A stretch of DNA of 63,824 bases, counting the filler, from Octopus bimaculoides (taxonomy: Eukaryota): assembly GCF_001194135.2 (NCBI RefSeq). It is 6 parts of 5 records of this genome, joined end to end, with 100 filler letters (N's around TTAATTAATTAA, not from the genome) between each part and the next. Parts side by side here need not be neighbours in the genome. Positions count along the whole stretch, not along the records: positions 19,724 to 37,661 come from NC_068994.1; positions 37,762 to 41,843 come from NC_069002.1; 4 more parts are not named here. One strand, given 5' to 3'. This document shows positions 25,478 through 38,128 of this stretch, in pieces (within the stretch, counting starts at the first letter, position 1; each line of letters opens with the position of its first letter). The notes beneath the pieces are model-generated. The model did not search any database. It worked only from the letters and a program-made list of their open reading frames with translations, and was not told the origin of the DNA. Position numbers and translations under genes: made by a program.

Positions 25478-26345
25478 CTATCCTACGTACATAAACAATC
25501 CTGTCACCCCTCTGTAGTGTTTAAAAACCTGGTAGCCAACATTAGCAATAGGACATTAAATCTTTCTTCTTCTAATGAAATATTTGATAAGGCAGCCCCC
25601 TATTACATCAATGCCCTAGCTAACAGCGTCTTCAAAGATAAGATATATTACAATCTTTTAAGTAAAAATATGAATTATAAATATAGACCTAAAAACAGGC
25701 TTACAAAAATAATTTGATTTGCTTCCCCACCCAACACCACCACACTTTCTTCTAAATGTTAAAACTAACGTTGACAAGAAATTCCTCTCTCTTTTAGATA
25801 AATATTTCCCGATAAATCAAAAAAAGAGGAAGACTTTTAATAGACTTTCTATTAAAATATCATATGGTTGTTACCCTAACATGAAGAACATTATAACTTG
25901 TAAATATCACCAAGGGCTCATTCCCACTTGTAACTGTCGAGACCCTGAAACTTGCCCCCTTGGTCAGGATTGGATGTTAGACTCCGTCGTATATGTGGCA
26001 GACGTAACAGCAATACTTCAAGGTAACCTAACTTAAAAGGAGAATAACATCGGGCTATTCGAAGGCGATTTCAAAAAACGTCATGCAAACCACCTGCCTT
26101 TTTTTTCTGGCGCATCTACAAAAGTAATATTACTAAGTTGGTTAGCTACGTATAGGGTTTGAAGACCAACTTTACATCACATACAATCAAGTTGAGAATC
26201 ATGGGCAAATCCAAACCATATATTAATGAATCTAAGAGTTATGCGAAACAGAAAGATCACATATTCTTTTTAGATCCATGAATTCCACTGCTCTACTTAA
26301 TTCCAGATTTGAAATTATTACCTAGTGCAAGAACCTTTTTATGCA
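25478..26345 (+). mobile_element. Penelope-like retroelement fragment (RT C-terminus to GIY-YIG endonuclease), pseudogenised
   Basis: YVHKQSCHPSVFKNLVANISNRTLNLSSSNEIFDKAAPYY...NVKTNVDKKFLSLLDKYFP...FNRLSIKISYGCYPNM...TCNCRDPETCPL...VVYVADV...NIGLFEGDFKKRHANH. Stops and frameshifts present. Confidence 0.88.
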
Positions 26346-29300
26346 AACTGTGAAACTTAACCTGAACCCTTGCTGAAGAGGACATCCTGCATGCTGACAA
26401 ACACGACCTATCAAAAAGCAGACGAACTCAGAGGAGCCCATGGCCATCCACTAATGTATAAATCAAGAAACTACCACCACTAAGTGGCAATATACTTAGA
26501 CATCTCAACTACACAAAGCACACGCATCAAAAATAAACGTAAGCACTTAAGTAAATATAACACATGAAATATTTAATGGATTTCTTCTTAATTTTTAGGC
26601 TTTAAGTTTAATTTCTGGCCAACGAAGAGGTGCAGCTTACGATTTAAAATACCGAATTACCGACACTCCCAAACGAAACAAACATACGCTCTCAAATAAT
26701 GGATTGTGGACAAATCTGAAGATTGCTGAAATAAGATAGAGACTGTTTCATCTAAGCTAATCCAGATATCTTCCTACCATGAAACGTATGTAGTTTGTAA
26801 CAAATAAAATGCAGCATAATACACGTGTATGTGTATGTGGTGGGTATAAAACAAAAATTCTAGATATATTAAAATTATTTCTTCCTCTTGGGGACGTATC
26901 ATAACTACAAAATGCAAGTTATGACCAAATTCACTTGAAAAAGGACAATAACCTCAAGATTCACTTGACATGCCATCCGAGAAAAGGACAGGTTTATTGT
27001 CTAGAGACAAAAGGACAATCGTGGATTTGTGTCTCTGGTTCAATAGCCTTCATCTGCACGAGAATTATCCAAAGGACTTACGTAAAACAGACATAGCAGT
27101 AGATGTCTATGTTATTCAGATACATACCCTTATATTTGCATATATTTTCCCTTTTATAACACAAAGCGCTATTGCTCAAATTTAGACTGCAAAAGCTATG
27201 AAGAGTTATTCTATTGTACTACGCATCCAGATTATGTATGTATGTATGTATGTATGTGTTGTATTGCCAATAATTATGATGATACCTTTTAACATTATAA
27301 CTGTGTAGTAACATAAAATATATAACGAAGCAGGGTAACAACAACGTAACAATCCAACAAACTCTCCGCGGACTATACACGAACCAATGAACGATATCCC
27401 GACAAACTACCAAAACGACACCCTACGACCTCCTGCGATTAACGTCTATTCTGTTCTCACTCAGACCACTACTATTCAGTCAGTCTATTCTCACAGGGGG
27501 TGTCGTGGCTCTCGCCACAACAGTATGTGTGTACCTATGTATGTATGTATGTATGTATGTATGTATGTATGTATCTAAATAAGTCTGTATGTACATATTT
27601 GCGCACAAACACACATATAAGCACATACACGCATGCGTGCATACACACACACACACACACCTATATACTATGTATATGTATATGTGCACTCAGTTTGGCA
27701 TATGCTTACATGTGTAACATGCATACGTTCATTAACCAACTGGTAACATTAGAAAATGTAGAAATGCTAATATATCTGATACAGAAGCTTCGAGCGTCAG
27801 ATATTTAAAAGAATTCCTATATCTTTGTAAGTATATTTATGAGTGGGAAATTGAATGTAAGTTAAGACATGGACTTCTCACAAAAACGATTTTCAAAAGA
27901 CACACTTGTGATTACTTATTATCAAATACTTTCATCTTTCGTTTCCAGCTAAATTCCTAAGTATATGTGATACATAGCCATAGGACGCTCTCGTCGGATG
28001 AAGATATCTTGATATATATCCAAAAGTTTACTTATATGAAAACTTTCACTCAAACTGAAAATAGATGAAGGGATGATGGGATCGTCTCGCCATCTTTTTA
28101 AGTCAATAGGATCAGAATTATATTAGTAAAGAAACGTCATGATTAAGGAAATTTAGTGAAAATATTTCATTGAAGAGCGTTTTATCTTCAGACCTCAAGG
28201 CTTCCTTTTAATTNNNNNNNNNNNNNNNNNNNNNNNNNNNNNNNNNNNNNNNNNNNNNNNNNNNNNNNNNNNNNNNNNNNNNNNNNNNNNNNNNNNNNNN
28301 NNNNNNNNNNNNNNNNNNNNNNNNNNNNNNNNNNNNNNNNNNNNNNNNNNNNNNNNNNNNNNNNNNNNNNNNNNNNNNNNNNNNNNNNNNNNNNNNNNNN
28401 NNNNNNNNNNNNNNNNNNNNNNNNNNNNNNNNNNNNNNNNNNNNNNNNNNNNNNNNNNNNNNNNNNNNNNNNNNNNNNNNNNNNNNNNNNNNNNNNNNNN
28501 NNNNNNNNNNNNNNNNNNNNNNNNNNNNNNNNNNNNNNNNNNNNNNNNNNNNNNNNNNNNNNNNNNNNNNNNNNNNNNNNNNNNNNNNNNNNNNNNNNNN
28601 NNNNNNNNNNNNNNNNNNNNNNNNNNNNNNNNNNNNNNNNNNNNNNNNNNNNNNNNNNNNNNNNNNNNNNNNNNNNNNNNNNNNNNNNNNNNNNNNNNNN
28701 NNNNNNNNNNNNNNNNNNNNNNNNNNNNNNNNNNNNNNNNNNNNNNNNNNNNNNNNNNNNNNNNNNNNNNNNNNNNNNNNNNNNNNNNNNNNNNNNNNNN
28801 NNNNNNNNNNNNNNNNNNNNNNNNNNNNNNNNNNNNNNNNNNNNNNNNTCTCTCTCTCTCACACACACACACACACATTGGTAAGGCGGCCAATTCGCTA
28901 AGCTGTTATAGCGTCTTTCATCCTTTCGGTGTTGATAAAGCATCAATCCTACCCTAGGGAGTATTCAACCTTTATTCTGATCTTTCTTTTTGTTTGTTTT
29001 TCCCTCTTTCTTGCTTCCATCCTCTCATTCCCTTTAATAAATCAGGTGGGGCCATATTGAAGAAGAAAGGACTTCGCCTGGGTCTAAACTTGTCCTATAC
29101 ACGCCGTATGACATGGCGGGGCACCTTTGATTCCATCAAGGAGTTGCGGGCTAAGGCAAAGTAAAGCAAGGTAGCGCGTCGGGAAAAATGTTTAACGGCG
29201 TTTCTTCCTTCTCTTTACGTTCTGAGTTCAAATCCCGCGAAGATAAACATTGCTTTTTATCCTTTCGGGATCGATAAAATAAAATACCAATCAAGCACTG

Positions 29301-30393
29301 GAGTTGGTGTAATTAGCTTGCACCATACCACCATAATTGCTGGCGTTGTACCAAAATTAGAAAGAATTATATATATTTGACACTTCCTCTTCGTGTTCTT
29401 TCGCTTGTAAGTTCTAAATATGTAATCAAAGTAAAACCGTTCTGTTCGACGCTTAATTAATTACGATTTCTTAATTCTATAAAAGTTAATGTGTCGGAGG
29501 ATGCGAGCTGCTAATTATAAACAGAGCTTCTTATTTTCGTTTCTCATATAATCTACCAGCAAATGTCAACGAATCTGAGATTAATAATCAATAATTTGCC
29601 GTTGAATTTGCAAATTTAAATCCACGCACATTTATGTATGTTCTCTTCTATTTCTAATTGTTTGAATTTCTCCTGTGATGAAGGTGTCGGTTTCTAACAT
29701 TGATACAATGCTCCTTTGTTGGAAAATACAGATAACAAAAACAATGTCACATTTTGAACTTGAGAAAAGTCTTGCATATTTTTATTATTCCGCTTACAGA
29801 TTGTCTTTATTATGTGCATGTTAGCTGGTTAATTTATTTCTCTGAAAGCACTAACTTTTCCAAATTGTCACTTACAAATTTACACACAAAAACCATGTAT
29901 GCCAATAATTATTGCTATAAAAGTGCGTTTATTTTCTGGATATAAAACCTGAAGGTTTCAGAACAGTTGTCCGAAGATCTTCTCTTTCTCTTTGATGTTA
30001 GAAGAGATGTTCACATCACCATGTATGAATATACGGGGCCCCAATAATTACACATACATGCACACATACACACACACACACACACACGTGTGTGTAATAT
30101 TATATAGAAAAAAAGTGTACATATAGACATAGTTATATATCTGTGTGTATCTATATGTTTGTGTGTTTATAAATATATGTACGTGGTATATGTATGCACA
30201 TATATGCACAAGCACACACACATATATACGTATATATATGTGTGTAAATGTTTATATATACATATATACACTCATACATATATATGTACATATATATACA
30301 TATGTAAATATATATATGTGTGTGCGTATACTTATGTGTGTATATATGTATGTATGTATTTATCTATGTATGCACACACACACATATGTATAT

Positions 30394-30428
<35 letters not shown>

Positions 30429-30730
30429 GGGGAAGGGAGAGAGACATGTATATCAGAAAAGAAGTTTGTGTGACTTAAGGCGTCAGACAAGTTCCTCAAA
30501 TACAGTCAGTCCAAAATTTATCTTCTTCCGTAAAAGATAGATTATATAATAGGAGAAAAATAAAAATAAAAATACAGAAATAGAATTAGGTTATTAGATT
30601 TCTAAGACGGAATAAAAGGACCTAGATATACACTTATCTGTAGCCATAAGAAACGCTTTGTGTGTGTATTAAAAAATATATATTTTTATTTAATATGTAT
30701 GCATATATGTCTTTATACGTATATGTGTGT

Positions 30731-30812
<82 letters not shown>

Positions 30813-31285
30813 GAGAGAGTCTGTGTAAGCATGTATGTATATATATACATTTAAATAATGAAATAAGTAATATAGATATCCACTTTATACAGCTCAACCA
30901 ATTATGGATCTGATGGAGCTTCAGGAATATAAAATTAAGAAGGAGAGAAGATAAATTCAAAGGACGATGTATATATTCATTCAATCCATATTAATGAAAT
31001 TCTCCATGGTATACAATATACATACATAAATGCATTTATCTTTATGATATATAAAAAAATTTATAAGAATTTATAAATACATACATATACACGAAAATTT
31101 ATAAATATATAAAAATTCATAGACATTTATATTTGTATTTAGTATGTATGCATATATGTCTTTATACGCATGTGTGTGTGTAAGTGTGTGTGTGTAAGTA
31201 TGTATGTATATATATATATGTATATTAAAATATATATTTGTATTCAGTATGTACATGCATATATGTATTTATGCATATAATATAT

Positions 31286-31500
31286 TCCTTTCTACTCTAG
31301 GGACAACGTCAAAAATTTGGGGGGAGGGGACCACTCGATTAGATCGACCCAGTATGCAACAGGTACTTAATTTATCGACCCAGAAAGGATAAAAGGCAAA
31401 ATCGACCTCGGCGGAATTTGAACTCAGAACGTAAAGACAGACGAAATACCGCTAAGCATTTTGCCCGGCGTGTTAACGTTTCTGCCAACTCGCCGCCTTA
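31286..31500 (-). mobile_element. Full-length SINE family M, tail A
   Basis: Minus: taaggcggcgagttggcagaaacgttaacacgccgggc head (A-box-like), gagttcaaattcc (B-box-like), M body, tail ...ctagagtagaaagga. Confidence 0.88.
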
Positions 31501-31961
31501 TGTATATAATATATTAAAATGTGTGTGTGTGTGTGTGTGTAAGTATGTATATACAATTAAATATATGTTGGAGTATGTTAAACTATATATTGGTATTTAT
31601 TGATAGTATGCATGCATATATGTGTTTATACGTATTATATATGTTTGCGTAAGTAATTATGTATAAGTAATTATGTGTAAGTAATTATGAAGTTTTCTTA
31701 TCTTGTTGTTGAAAGCTGGAAATAGGGAGTAATAAACAGTCGACAACTGAGGAGGAGGTAGACTTCTTTTAGTATTTTGACCTGTACTTGTCTCTAGTTA
31801 TGTGTTTACATATTTTTCACTCGTTGTTGATGTCCTGTTCTTATCGGGTATTTTTTTTTTATTTTGTCCTGTACTCATCTCTCATGTGTTTACGTGTTTT
31901 TCGCTCATTAGTGATGTCCTATACTTAATGAGTATTTTTTATTTTGTGTGCGTGTGAGTGC

Positions 31962-32032
<71 letters not shown>

Positions 32033-32257
32033 AATATATGTATATATACCCTGCGTTTAAAATCATTGACGACGTAACATTTTTTTATTTTATTTAAAAA
32101 GTACTTGTTGGAATCCAGCAAAATTTGCACAGAATGATGGCAACAGTTATGTGTGCATGGTGTGTAAGAAACGTGAGATTTTGCACGAATGCAAACAAAC
32201 CGCAGCCATTTACATGATTTCCACAAACTGTCTGATAATTATGTAATTATGAGTCGT

Positions 32258-32640
32258 GGAGGTGCAATGGCCCAGTGGTTAGGGCAGCGGACTCGCGGTC
32301 ATAGGATCGCAGTTTCGATTCCCAGACCGGGCGTTGTGAGTGTTTATTGAGCGAAAACACCTAAAGCTCCGGCAGGGGATGGTGGCGAACCCTGCTGTAC
32401 TCTTCCACCACAACTTTCTCTCACTCTTACTTCCTGTTTCTGTTGTGCCTGTAATTCAAAGGGTCAGCCTTGTCACACTGTGTCACGCTGAATATCCCCG
32501 AGAACTACGTTAAGGGTACACGTGTCTGTGGAGTGCTCAGCCACTTGCACGTTAATTTCACGAGCAGGCTGTTCCGTTGATCGGATCAACTGGAACCCTC
32601 GACGTCGTAAGCGACGGAGTGCCAACAACAAACAACAACA
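32258..32640 (+). mobile_element. Full-length tRNA-derived SINE family T with (CAA)n tail and 10-bp TSD
   Basis: A box tggcccagtgg, B box gtttcgattcc, (CAA)n end, flanked by tatgagtcgt at 32248-32257 and 32641-32650. Confidence 0.92.
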
Positions 32641-32810
32641 TATGAGTCGTAAATATGACTTAACTGCTTCGGAGATATCTGCTATTACTTCTGAACTTGC
32701 AAAAGTCAGTTATTATCATATTAAGCCCTCACTATCTCGATTAGTCCAAAGTCATTAACTATACAAGTGTGGAAAATCAACCTGCCCTAGTTTATATATA
32801 TGTATGTGTG

Positions 32811-32841
<31 letters not shown>

Positions 32842-33598
32842 ATATATGTGTATGTTGCCGTATTTGCATGTGTACATATCTAACACCCATCAGATTTAAT
32901 CCCTCGACGGGGCAACCATACAAAACTACATCCGCTCAATTTCACTAATAAGTCTTCGATGAAGACGAGACTATGGTAGAAGATACTTGCTCAAAGTGCT
33001 CGGGAGAGATCGAACTTGAAACCTTCTAATTGCTAAGCTAACTTCTTCATTACAAAGCCACGAATACGCCCATAAAAACCTATCACTTAACATTTCAGAA
33101 AGAATCGTCAAATTCATTTTTCTTTCTTCCTTTTATATTTTTGCAATATCATCCATGAAAAAGTGAAGTTGCTTGTTTTCAAAACAAAAAAATCTGTTTG
33201 GGAAAATATTTCAGATATAATAATACGCTGATGTGGTTTCGTTGACATGTTTCAAACTCTTTCCTAATCCAAAAACATGGATGATGGAATAGTTAAATTA
33301 TTTGAGTCTTCCCATCACATCCAGCATACCTTTTTATTTTCCAGGAAAAAGAAAAAAAAAAGAAACAATGAAATGAAAAATAAATTTGTAACTTGCCGCT
33401 TCAATCGTTGTCGAAAAATAAAATGTAAAGAAAAGTTATCAACTCTTGAAAACAATTAATGAAAACAATATTTTCGTAGGTTTGCAGATGTTGGAATAGA
33501 GCGTTAAGCTAGCTACTATGAAATTTATTATGTCAACACACACGCACATACACATGACACAGACATACGCACACAACACATACACACACACACATACA

Positions 33599-33651
<53 letters not shown>

Positions 33652-34179
33652 AAAAATATATGTTCTTACAAACACAAGATGTCATATACGACTACGCAAA
33701 CGTACACAATGTCACACGCGAACAAACACACACGCCCACAAACGACACAACACGCAGCTTACACGCACATGCATACGCAACACAACACGCACGCACACAC
33801 ATGCACACACACACACACACATACACACGAACACTCACGAACACATATAATATCATATACAGACAAATATTTATACACATTGACAGATGCATTCATAAAT
33901 GCACACAGTGGCCTAATATGCATTAATACACATCCACATACGCATTGAAATACCCACCGAAAACATAGAAAATGACACACACACTAACACATGTACTTAT
34001 TTAATGACATTACCACTTAAAAATCCACAAATATGCATGTACAATGACATATACACTCTCAAACAAACAGTGACATTTACACTAAACACAATAATACATA
34101 CACACTAACATACTCACCTGTAATAATCCTTTCTACTATAGGTACAAGGCCTGAAAATTTAAGGAGAAGGGGCTAGTCG

Positions 34180-36985
34180 TTCTTTAAGATGTTGGCCAGA
34201 CAGTTTCTTACAGGTAAGGATTGATCTTGGGCTGCTATGGAAAACCGTTCTGTCTCTGATTCTAAGCCAGAAGGCACTAATCATTGATGGGTAAGGGCTT
34301 TGTCAACATCAGCATTATTAGCTCCCTATGGGTATTTGCCATTGAGAGGTTTTTCTTGCTATTTATCAGTAAGAATATCTAAGGCAGCAGTTTTAGCAAG
34401 GGTTTTCATACGCTTAGCTTTATCTCTGCTTGTTTCCAGTGCGTCTAATTCTGGGATTTGCTGTATTTGGAATTCACTTAGATATTTCTTTGCCTCTTTT
34501 GTTACTGAGTATGAGGTTTTCCTGTCTTCATGCTTTAAGACAAATTTTAACATCCAGTCATTTAGAGTTTTTCAGGTAGGTATTTAGGCTAATTATGGCA
34601 ATCTTCATTGTTAATTCCAGTTGTAAAAATCCAGGGCCACCCTCTTTTCTTGCTAGGTAAAGTCATTCTATATCTACCTTAGTATGGTGCATTCTATTCA
34701 TTGTCAACAATTTTCGTATTTGTCTGTCAAGATTACAAATTTCAATAATTGACCAATTAATAATATTGTAACTGTATGGCTAAACTATTCATCGTTTCGA
34801 ACCTGTTACTTGCATTCAGCTCTGTCTTGAGTATTGTCCTTACTCTGCGATAACATTCTTTTCTGATCTTTCCCCTTATCATTGAATGTTTGATTCCATC
34901 CCCTTCAAATACCCGTAGGTGTTTGTAGTTCTCCGTTGATTCTAACTCCTTCATAACATTCTGTCATTATTAACGTTGGATGTTTCTATCATTTTTCCCT
35001 CTACACATTTATCTAGGACAAATTCCATCCGGATGTCATCACTGAACTCTTTTACAATTGCTAGTAAGCCCTGCAGTTGTTGGTCATATTTTGCAAAGAG
35101 ATTTAAATCATCCATGTAAAAGAGATGATTTATATTTTTTCAAAACTTTTATAGCCATATTAAACATCATCGAGCAATTTGGAAAGAGGTATTAAGGTTA
35201 GACAAAAGAGGAGTGGTGATAGAGGCACCTTGGAAAATACCGCATGAAATTCTTACATCTCCAGCATTGGAAGATTCATTGTCAATATTCAAAGACAGTG
35301 TAGTTTTCCATGATCTCATACTTACAGATAAGATGTGGTAGACTATCGAAAGCATTTTTTATAGTTTATCCAGGCTATTGATAAGTTCTTGTGTTGTTTG
35401 TGACAATCTTCAAAAATCATCTTATTAATGAGTAGCTGATCTTTACAACCATAGGACTCACGTTTACATCATTTTTGCTCATTAGGACAGATGCCACATC
35501 TATTTAAAAGTTATAAGTGTATTCAGTCAAGACAGATGTTAGTATTTCATACATTGTTGTTAAACAGCTTATTGGTCTTTGATATTTTGGCTCGTTTGTT
35601 TCTTCATTTTTCGGAAGTAGATATGTAACACCTTTTACTAGCGAAGAGGAAATTGTATTAGGTCGCTGCAGAACATTGTTGAAAAGTCTTATCAGCAGTT
35701 CATGATTCTCTTGGAAAGTGGTCAAGCAGAAGTTAGGAATTTTATCCTTTCCTGGGGACTTCCATTTGCTTGGTTTCTTGAGAGCAGATTTTACATCCTC
35801 TATTTTTGCTCTTCTAAGGAGGCTGAGTCAGTAGATGTTCAATCAATCCAAGGGACCTTCTTATTGCGAGGTTTTTCTTCTGTCCAAATTTTATTCAAAA
35901 TTCTTGCACTTCTTTTGATGGGACAGACTTTACTTTAACTGATATTTTACCAATCAACATATTGTTGCCTTTGAAGAACTTAGCGCGCTTTTCATACCGT
36001 GCTATCCGGGCAGCTTTAGCAGATACCATTTGCTTGATAGTTTTTATAATAGTATCAATGTCGAGTATTGATTTCATATTATACCTTTTCTTTAATTTTC
36101 GGTTTTTTCTTGGTTTGATATTCATGTCAGTTTTTTAAACATTCTATGTCAGACCTAAGAAACTGAATGTGTTGTCGGATACATTCTTGCCAAATAGATT
36201 TTTTGTGAGGAAGCTGTCGTTTTCTAATCTTTTCACCACATAGGATCGTTGAGATCTTTGCGGATGCACAGTACAGGTGATTGAGATCTGTAATATCAAC
36301 ATCATTAGCTGAAACTATATCTTTAAATTCAAGGCGGATTTCACCAATTACTTTCAGGCTTTGGTTAGAATTGCGAATTTTTGGAAGAGTGTCACGTTCA
36401 TTCATACTGGTTTCTTGAATTTTCAGCCATTCAATCATGATTTGCTTTTTTAGATCATCTAGTTCAGTTGGATCAATTTATGTGTGACTTTCATCATCTA
36501 TTTGATTTTCCTTTTCCTTGATATTTATGGCTGGTTCAGAAAGTATTTCACTTTGCTTATCAGTTACATTGACTCTTTCTATCATTCCTGCATTTTCATC
36601 AGACTTGGGCTGGTCTGTAATTATTTCTTCAGTAGTATCTTCTTTAGCTGCAACTTCGTTCCTTTTATCCCTTACTGATTGTTTAATCTGGTCACTCTCT
36701 AATTCAGTTAGTAATTTCTTTTTCATAATGTTTCTTCTGACGTTGGCAAGTTGTTAATATATAGGATCTTACCTCAAGGTGCTTCTCTCTCCAGTTTATG
36801 TAGGTTTGTTCAGTGTGGAATTTATTTGTGGGGAAATATATGGTAAGATAGAAGGCCTTAAGAACATTGACATTAGGAGACGGATCTGTCTGTTTAAAGT
36901 TAACTTTTTGATACAACACCGCCTCTGAGTTCTTTGAATGAAAACGTTTCTCATAGCGTAGTTTCATAAGGCTAACAGACTGGTA
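34180..36985 (-). mobile_element. R4/Dong-clade non-LTR retrotransposon, decayed, truncated before the CCHC/RLE region
   Basis: Minus frames: WREKHLEV...KKKLLTELESDQIK (N-terminal), KQMVSAKAARIARYEKR, GVTYLLPKNEETNEPKYQRPISCLTTMYEILT, VRISCGIFQG, YMDDLNL, KIRKECYRRVRTILKTELNASN, AAQDQSLPVRNCLANILKN. Many stops and frameshifts. Confidence 0.92.
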
Positions 36986-37059
36986 TTCGCCTTTTTGTTT
37001 TGACAGATTTATCTCCGGGCATAGTTTCTTCGTAGTATTTTAAACTTGAATTGTTCACT

Positions 37060-37169
<110 letters not shown>

Positions 37170-37228
37170 ATACAACTTGCATTTAGCTTGGAGCGAAATG
37201 TAAATCTTATAACTTTTGAAGCATATTA

Positions 37229-37334
37229 CATCACCTGATGAGGCTATTTTGCACTTTGCGACGCATCTGATGTCATTACATCGTTCGGCAGACATAGGGA
37301 GCAACGCAGAAGGTAGCCGAAACGATTGTTATGC
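37229..37334 (+). ncRNA. Degenerate type I hammerhead motif with greatly enlarged helix II, in a probable Penelope-type terminal repeat
   Basis: catcac-CTGATGA-GGCTA-ttttgc...gcagaa-gg-TAGCC-GAAA-cgattg-tt-atg. Helix II pairs; helices III and I carry mismatches. Confidence 0.5.
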
Positions 37335-37622
37335 TAAATAAAGGTTCTAGTTACACTCCGTCTTCCGATTCAATTATTTAATATATATAATCACTAGCCT
37401 GTGATTGTCTCGCACCTAGGACGGGAAACAACCCAGAAAGGTAGCTCTGTGAGTATCACGAAGGCTACAGATGGGAGCGATAACCTCCCTTGCTTATACT
37501 ATACGGACAGAAGCTGTGTGTCGATAGCCAGCTGGAAAAGATTTTTCCTGGGGTTAAACAACAGTAATATCGTCTTTGTATAGGACTGCTACATTCTGTT
37601 GGCAAATAAACTTTACTATATG

Positions 37623-37661
<39 letters not shown>

Positions 37662-37761
37662 NNNNNNNNNNNNNNNNNNNNNNNNNNNNNNNNNNNNNNN
37701 NNNNNTTAATTAATTAANNNNNNNNNNNNNNNNNNNNNNNNNNNNNNNNNNNNNNNNNNNN

Positions 37762-37839
<78 letters not shown>

Positions 37840-38084
37840 ATGTATGTGTATATATATATACGGAAACTTATCATCGCCCGCCATATATATTCACACTACA
37901 AATTCATATGTATTGATATATTTTGTGATCAAGCATGCGTATAATTCGGATATAAGGTCTAAATGCGGTCAGGCAGTGTACTTATCGTACTCTTTACATA
38001 CATACACACATATATATGTATGTATATATACACGCTCATATATATATATACATACATATATATATATGCATGTATAGATGTATA

Positions 38085-38128
<44 letters not shown>

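Noticed and set aside
27990-28040. cggatgaagatatc...atatccaaaagtt as a hammerhead
   Set aside because: Needs at least three core corrections and helix I is unconvincing.
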